Shown here: piece by piece, positions 59,676 through 64,000 of the stretch | Layout of the letters: each line of letters opens with the position of its first letter | Numbering within the stretch: the stretch's first letter is position 1 | DNA from: Alphaproteobacteria bacterium | GTDB taxonomy: Bacteria > Pseudomonadota > Alphaproteobacteria > UBA9219 | Direction: 5' to 3' | Length of the DNA stretch: 64,000 nt | NCBI GenBank assembly: GCA_013289265.1 | Contig: JABDAH010000001.1 | Location: 61,379 to 125,378, forward strand | Translations under genes and position numbers: made by a program | The notes under the pieces: model-generated | Seen by the model: the letters and a program-made list of their open reading frames with translations, nothing else | What the model was told of the DNA's origin: nothing | The model's database searches: none

Positions 59676-60149
59676 ATGGCTCGTCGTCGTCGCGCAGAAC
59701 GTCGTGAAGTTTTACCGGATCCGAAATTCGGAGAAATTTTGCTGACCAAATTTATGAACGTCCTCATGTATGAGGGCAAGAAGTCCGCTGCTGAGCATAT
59801 CCTGTATGGTGCGCTGGAAAAGATTCAGCGTCTCAGCAAGGGCGGCAACGCTCTGGAAACTTTCAAGGCTGCTATCGACAAGGTTCGTCCGCATATCGAA
59901 GTGCGTTCGCGCCGCGTTGGTGGTGCCACCTATCAGGTGCCGGTTGAAGTGCGTACGGACCGTGGCATTGCTCTGGCAATGCGCTGGATCATTACCGCTG
60001 CTCGTGCCCGTTCGGAACACACGATGATGGATCGCCTTGCTGGCGAACTGGTTGCCGCATCGAACGATAACGGCTCCGCCATCAAGAAACGCGAAGACAC
60101 CCACCGTATGGCAGAGGCTAATAAAGCCTTCTCCCATTTCCGCTGGTAA
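59676..60149 (+). CDS. rpsG: 30S ribosomal protein S7
   Basis: full-length S7 similarity. Confidence 0.95.
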   Translation: MARRRRAERREVLPDPKFGEILLTKFMNVLMYEGKKSAAEHILYGALEKIQRLSKGGNALETFKAAIDKVRPHIEVRSRRVGGATYQVPVEVRTDRGIALAMRWIITAARARSEHTMMDRLAGELVAASNDNGSAIKKREDTHRMAEANKAFSHFRW

Positions 60150-60161
60150 GGAACAAAAAGT

Positions 60162-62276
60162 ATGTCACGTCAAACGCCCATCGACCTGTACCGCAATATC
60201 GGCATTATGGCTCACATCGACGCCGGTAAAACGACGACGACTGAGCGTATTCTGTATTACACCGGTAAGTCGTACAAAATCGGCGAAGTGCACGAAGGCA
60301 CCGCGACGATGGACTACATGGAGCAGGAACAAGAGCGTGGCATCACGATTACATCAGCTGCGACGACGTGCTTCTGGACGGTTAACGACAAGAAGCACCG
60401 CATCAACATCATCGACACTCCTGGCCACGTTGACTTCACGATTGAAGTTGAGCGTTCCATGCGTGTTTTGGACGGTGCTGTTTGTTTGCTTGACGCGGTA
60501 GCCGGTGTTGAGCCGCAGACTGAAACTGTGTGGCGCCAAGGCGACAAGTATCATGTTTCGCGTATGGTGTTCGTCAACAAAATGGACCGCACTGGTGCCG
60601 ATTTCTATCGTTGCGTCGAAATGATCAAGGTGCAGTTGACGCCGAACCTCATCATTTTACAATTACCGATTGGTAATGGCACCGATTATAAGGGCTTGAT
60701 TGATTTGCGTCGTATGAAAGCCGTGGTTTGGGAAAATGAAGCTCTCGGCGCGAATTTCCATGATGAAGAAATTCCTGAAGATATGAAAGCTCAAGCGCTG
60801 GAATATCGCCAGAAGATGATTGAAACTGCGGTTGAAATGGATGATGCCGCGATGGAAGCCTATCTTGAAGGTAAGGAGCCTTCGGTAGAAGTGCTCGATG
60901 CCTGTATTCGTAAGGGCACAATTGCGGCGAAATTTGTTCCTGTTCTTTGCGGTTCGGCGTTTAAGAATAAGGGTGTGCAGCCTTTACTGGATGCCGTTAT
61001 TGATTATTTGCCTTCGCCTTTGGATATCGGCGCGGTCAGTGGTTACAAGCCTGACGTAACAATTACCGAAGAAAACGAAGCGGCCAACCGCATAACACGC
61101 GAACCCCAAGATGATGCGCCATTCGCTGGCCTCGCATTTAAGGTTATCAAAGATCCGTTCGTAGGTTCATTGACCTTTGTGCGTATTTATTCGGGCACGC
61201 TGCAAACCAGCACATATATTCAGAACAGCATTAAGGGCGAACGTGAACGCGTAGGCCGCATGTTGTTGATGCATGCAAATACACGTGAAGAAATCAAGGA
61301 AGCGCATGCTGGCGATATCGTTGCATTGGCGGCATTGAAAGACACGACGACAGGCCAGACGCTTTGTGATGTCGATCAGCCTATCATTCTGGAGCGTATG
61401 GATTTTCCAGAACCCGTTATCGAAATGTCGATTGAACCTAAGACCAAGGGCGACCAAGACAAAATGACTGGCGCTTTGTTGGATATGGTTCGTGAAGATC
61501 CTTCGTTCCGTTTAGCATCGAACCCAGAAACTGGACAAACGGTTATCAAGGGTATGGGGGAGCTGCATTTGGATATTAAAGTCGATATCCTGCTGCGTAC
61601 CTATAAAGTTGACGTCAATGTTGGTGCGCCACAGGTTGCGTATCGCGAAACTATCACGAAGAAGTTCACTTGCGACTACACCCACAAGAAGCAATCGGGT
61701 GGTTCGGGCCAATTCGCTCGCGTTATTATCGAATTTGAACCAAATGAGCCTGGTGCTGGTTACCAGTTTGAATCAAAGATTGTCGGCGGTTCGGTGCCAA
61801 AGGAATATATTCCTGGTGTTGAAAAAGGTTTGGCGGCTGCCTTGAATTCGGGCGTTATAGCTGGCTTCCCAACTATCGATTTCAAGGCAACTTTGGTTGA
61901 CGGCGCGTATCACGATGTTGACTCGTCGGCGCTGGCATTCGAAATCGCTGCGCGCGCTGCCTTCCGCGAAGGTATGGCAAAAGCTGGCCCGGTTCTTTTA
62001 GAACCGATCATGAATATCGAAGTCACTGTGCCAGATGAATATGTCGGTGATGTGATTGGCGATTTGAGCAGCAAGCGTGCGGTTATTGGCGAGCAGGGAC
62101 AACGTGGCATTGCCCGTACAATTCCAGCCATGGTGCCGCTGGCGATGATGTTCAAATATGTCGGTAAGTTGCGCGGCATGACGAAGGGTCGTGGCAGCTA
62201 TACGATGGAATTCCATCATTACGAGCAGGTTCCGGCAGCAATTGCTGCGGAAGTAAAACTGAAGATGGCGGGTTAA
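60162..62276 (+). CDS. fusA: elongation factor G
   Basis: [13 protein letters not shown]1 motif, 704 aa. Confidence 0.96.
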   Translation: MSRQTPIDLYRNIGIMAHIDAGKTTTTERILYYTGKSYKIGEVHEGTATMDYMEQEQERGITITSAATTCFWTVNDKKHRINIIDTPGHVDFTIEVERSMRVLDGAVCLLDAVAGVEPQTETVWRQGDKYHVSRMVFVNKMDRTGADFYRCVEMIKVQLTPNLIILQLPIGNGTDYKGLIDLRRMKAVVWENEALGANFHDEEIPEDMKAQALEYRQKMIETAVEMDDAAMEAYLEGKEPSVEVLDACIRKGTIAAKFVPVLCGSAFKNKGVQPLLDAVIDYLPSPLDIGAVSGYKPDVTITEENEAANRITREPQDDAPFAGLAFKVIKDPFVGSLTFVRIYSGTLQTSTYIQNSIKGERERVGRMLLMHANTREEIKEAHAGDIVALAALKDTTTGQTLCDVDQPIILERMDFPEPVIEMSIEPKTKGDQDKMTGALLDMVREDPSFRLASNPETGQTVIKGMGELHLDIKVDILLRTYKVDVNVGAPQVAYRETITKKFTCDYTHKKQSGGSGQFARVIIEFEPNEPGAGYQFESKIVGGSVPKEYIPGVEKGLAAALNSGVIAGFPTIDFKATLVDGAYHDVDSSALAFEIAARAAFREGMAKAGPVLLEPIMNIEVTVPDEYVGDVIGDLSSKRAVIGEQGQRGIARTIPAMVPLAMMFKYVGKLRGMTKGRGSYTMEFHHYEQVPAAIAAEVKLKMAG

Positions 62277-62335
62277 GCCAGCAAGAAGTGTAACCAAAGT
62301 AGTTTTTCAACTTACGGAGAGAGACGGAGAGTAAA

Positions 62336-63523
62336 ATGGCGAAAGAGAAGTTTGATCGTAGTCTGCCTCACTGCAACATCGGAACCATCGGTCACGTTGA
62401 CCATGGTAAAACATCGTTGACAGCGGCTATCACAAAGATTTTGGCGAAAGTCGGTGGTGCTACATTCACCGCGTATGACCAAATTGATAAAGCGCCGGAA
62501 GAACGCGCTCGTGGTATTACGATCTCGACCGCGCACGTCGAATACAAGACGAAGAAGCGTCACTACGCTCACGTTGATTGCCCTGGACACGCCGATTACG
62601 TCAAGAACATGATCACCGGCGCTGCGCAGATGGACGGCGCGATCCTGGTTGTGTCAGCTGCTGACGGCCCAATGCCTCAGACACGCGAACACATCCTACT
62701 CGCTCGCCAGGTTGGCGTTCCTGCCATCGTCGTCTTCATGAACAAGATGGACATGGCCGATCCGGAACTGGCTGAACTGGTCGAAATGGAAATTCGTGAC
62801 CTGCTCACCAAGTATCAGTTCCCCGGTGACAAGATTCCAATCATCCGTGGTTCTGCTCTCTGTGCTCTGGAAGACAAGAATCCAGAACTCGGCGAACAGG
62901 CGATCATGAAGCTGATGGATGCGGTTGACGAATTCATTCCGCAGCCTGAACGTCCGAAGGACAAGGCATTCCTGATGCCGATCGAAGACGTATTCTCGAT
63001 CTCCGGCCGTGGTACCGTTGTTACGGGCCGTGTCGAACGTGGCATCGTCAAAGTGAACGAAGAAGTCGAAATCGTTGGTCTGAAGCCAACCGTCAAGACT
63101 GTCGTAACCGGCGTTGAAATGTTCCGTAAACTGCTCGATCAGGGTGAAGCTGGTGACAACATCGGCGCTCTGCTTCGCGGCACGAAGCGTGAAGACATCG
63201 AACGTGGTCAAGTTTTGGCGAAGCCAGGCAGCATCACGCCGCACACCAAGTTCAAGGCAGAATGCTACATTCTGACCAAGGACGAAGGTGGCCGTCATAC
63301 GCCGTTCTTCACCAACTATCGTCCGCAATTCTACTTCCGCACAACGGACGTAACCGGCGAAGTGATCCTGCCAGCTGGCACGGAAATGGTTATGCCTGGT
63401 GATAACATTTCGGTTGATGTGCATCTGATTGCGCCAATCGCTATGGACGAAGGTCTGCGTTTCGCTATCCGCGAAGGCGGCCGTACCGTCGGCGCCGGCG
63501 TTGTTGCGAAGATCATCGAGTAA
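62336..63523 (+). CDS. tuf: elongation factor Tu
   Basis: [14 protein letters not shown], 395 aa. Confidence 0.97.
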   Translation: MAKEKFDRSLPHCNIGTIGHVDHGKTSLTAAITKILAKVGGATFTAYDQIDKAPEERARGITISTAHVEYKTKKRHYAHVDCPGHADYVKNMITGAAQMDGAILVVSAADGPMPQTREHILLARQVGVPAIVVFMNKMDMADPELAELVEMEIRDLLTKYQFPGDKIPIIRGSALCALEDKNPELGEQAIMKLMDAVDEFIPQPERPKDKAFLMPIEDVFSISGRGTVVTGRVERGIVKVNEEVEIVGLKPTVKTVVTGVEMFRKLLDQGEAGDNIGALLRGTKREDIERGQVLAKPGSITPHTKFKAECYILTKDEGGRHTPFFTNYRPQFYFRTTDVTGEVILPAGTEMVMPGDNISVDVHLIAPIAMDEGLRFAIREGGRTVGAGVVAKIIE

Positions 63524-63534
63524 TTGAAGTGAAT

Positions 63535-63571
63535 AACTCCCGCGCCTCGGTTACGGGGCGCGGGATCTTTT
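63535..63571 (+). terminator. rho-independent terminator/attenuator between tuf and rpsJ
   Basis: CCCGCGCC-(loop)-GGCGCGGG hairpin followed by ATCTTTT. Confidence 0.65.
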
Positions 63572-63592
63572 AGAAGATTGAGGATTTAGAGT

Positions 63593-63901
63593 ATGGAAAC
63601 GCAAACGATACGTATACGCCTTAAGGCGTTTGATCACCGCACACTGGACCAGTCCGTGGCGGAGATCATCAGCACGGCCAAACGGACCGGCGCGCAGGTG
63701 CGCGGCCCTATTCCGCTGCCCACATGGTTCGAGCGTTTCACCGTCAATCGCGGCCCGCACGTTGATAAGAAGTCACGCGAACAATTTGAAATCCGCACGC
63801 ATCGTCGCTTGCTGGATATTCTGGAACCAACACCGCAGACGATCGACGCTTTGTCGAAGATCGACCTTGCTGCCGGCGTTGATGTCGAGATCAGGGTTTA
63901 A
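63593..63901 (+). CDS. rpsJ: 30S ribosomal protein S10
   Basis: [16 protein letters not shown]... Confidence 0.95.
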   Translation: METQTIRIRLKAFDHRTLDQSVAEIISTAKRTGAQVRGPIPLPTWFERFTVNRGPHVDKKSREQFEIRTHRRLLDILEPTPQTIDALSKIDLAAGVDVEIRV

Positions 63902-63912
63902 GGAAGACGGTC

Positions 63913-64000
63913 ATGGCTCAAACAAAAACACAACGCACCGGTCTGCTGACCAGAAAACTCGGCATGACCCGTATATTCAACGAAGCGGGTGAACATATTC
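63913..64000 (+). CDS. rplC: 50S ribosomal protein L3, 3'-truncated by window edge
   Basis: MAQTKTQRTGLLTRKLGMTRIFNEAG. Confidence 0.85.
   Translation, partial: MAQTKTQRTGLLTRKLGMTRIFNEAGEHI

Overview
The window is a chromosomal segment from an alphaproteobacterium, judged by the EF-Tu, EF-G and S12 sequences, the plant-type GshA and the ffh-rpsP-rimM-trmD-rplS and str-operon synteny. GC content is roughly 50%, with one clearly AT-rich islet. Housekeeping genes present are lepA, gluQ, the purF-cvpA-radA block, an MlaF/MlaE-like pair, glf, cysK, trhO, tldD, plant-type gshA, rsmE and rpsL-rpsG-fusA-tuf-rpsJ-rplC. Between them sit several accessory blocks. (1) A complete aryl-polyene (APE)-type type-II-PKS-like lipid-pigment cluster of about 15 kb on the minus strand (34700 to 20383). 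It carries two KS, a CLF-like KS, KR, two hotdog DHs, tandem ACPs, an aryl-acid ligase, a GT2/LpxL-type acyltransferase fusion, a thioesterase, a lysophospholipid acyltransferase and a LolA-like/MMPL/lipoprotein export module. It also has a dedicated Rv2949c-type chorismate lyase for the 4-hydroxybenzoate starter and a divergent Sfp-type PPTase. Two more lipoproteins and a methyltransferase/DUF218-like protein lie immediately downstream. (2) A LicA/LicC-like module: an APH/choline-kinase-family kinase, a nucleotidyltransferase-HAD fusion and an unknown protein. (3) A polysaccharide locus with an AlgD-like GDP-mannose 6-dehydrogenase, a heparinase II/III-like protein, two GT4s and an acyltransferase-3. 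(4) An AT-rich islet 3' of tRNA-Ser encoding two paralogous proteins of unknown family. (5) A CobS/CobV-family membrane protein in which the conserved acidic motifs are replaced. Other points are an apparent +1 frameshift in trmD at a G5 run, a repeated GTGGYCAGAG palindromic element forming intergenic hairpins, and a 45-bp tandem duplication inside a small ORF. Some displayed sequence lines appear to be missing a base; the ORF-track coordinates were treated as authoritative, so motif positions read by hand may be off by 1 nt.
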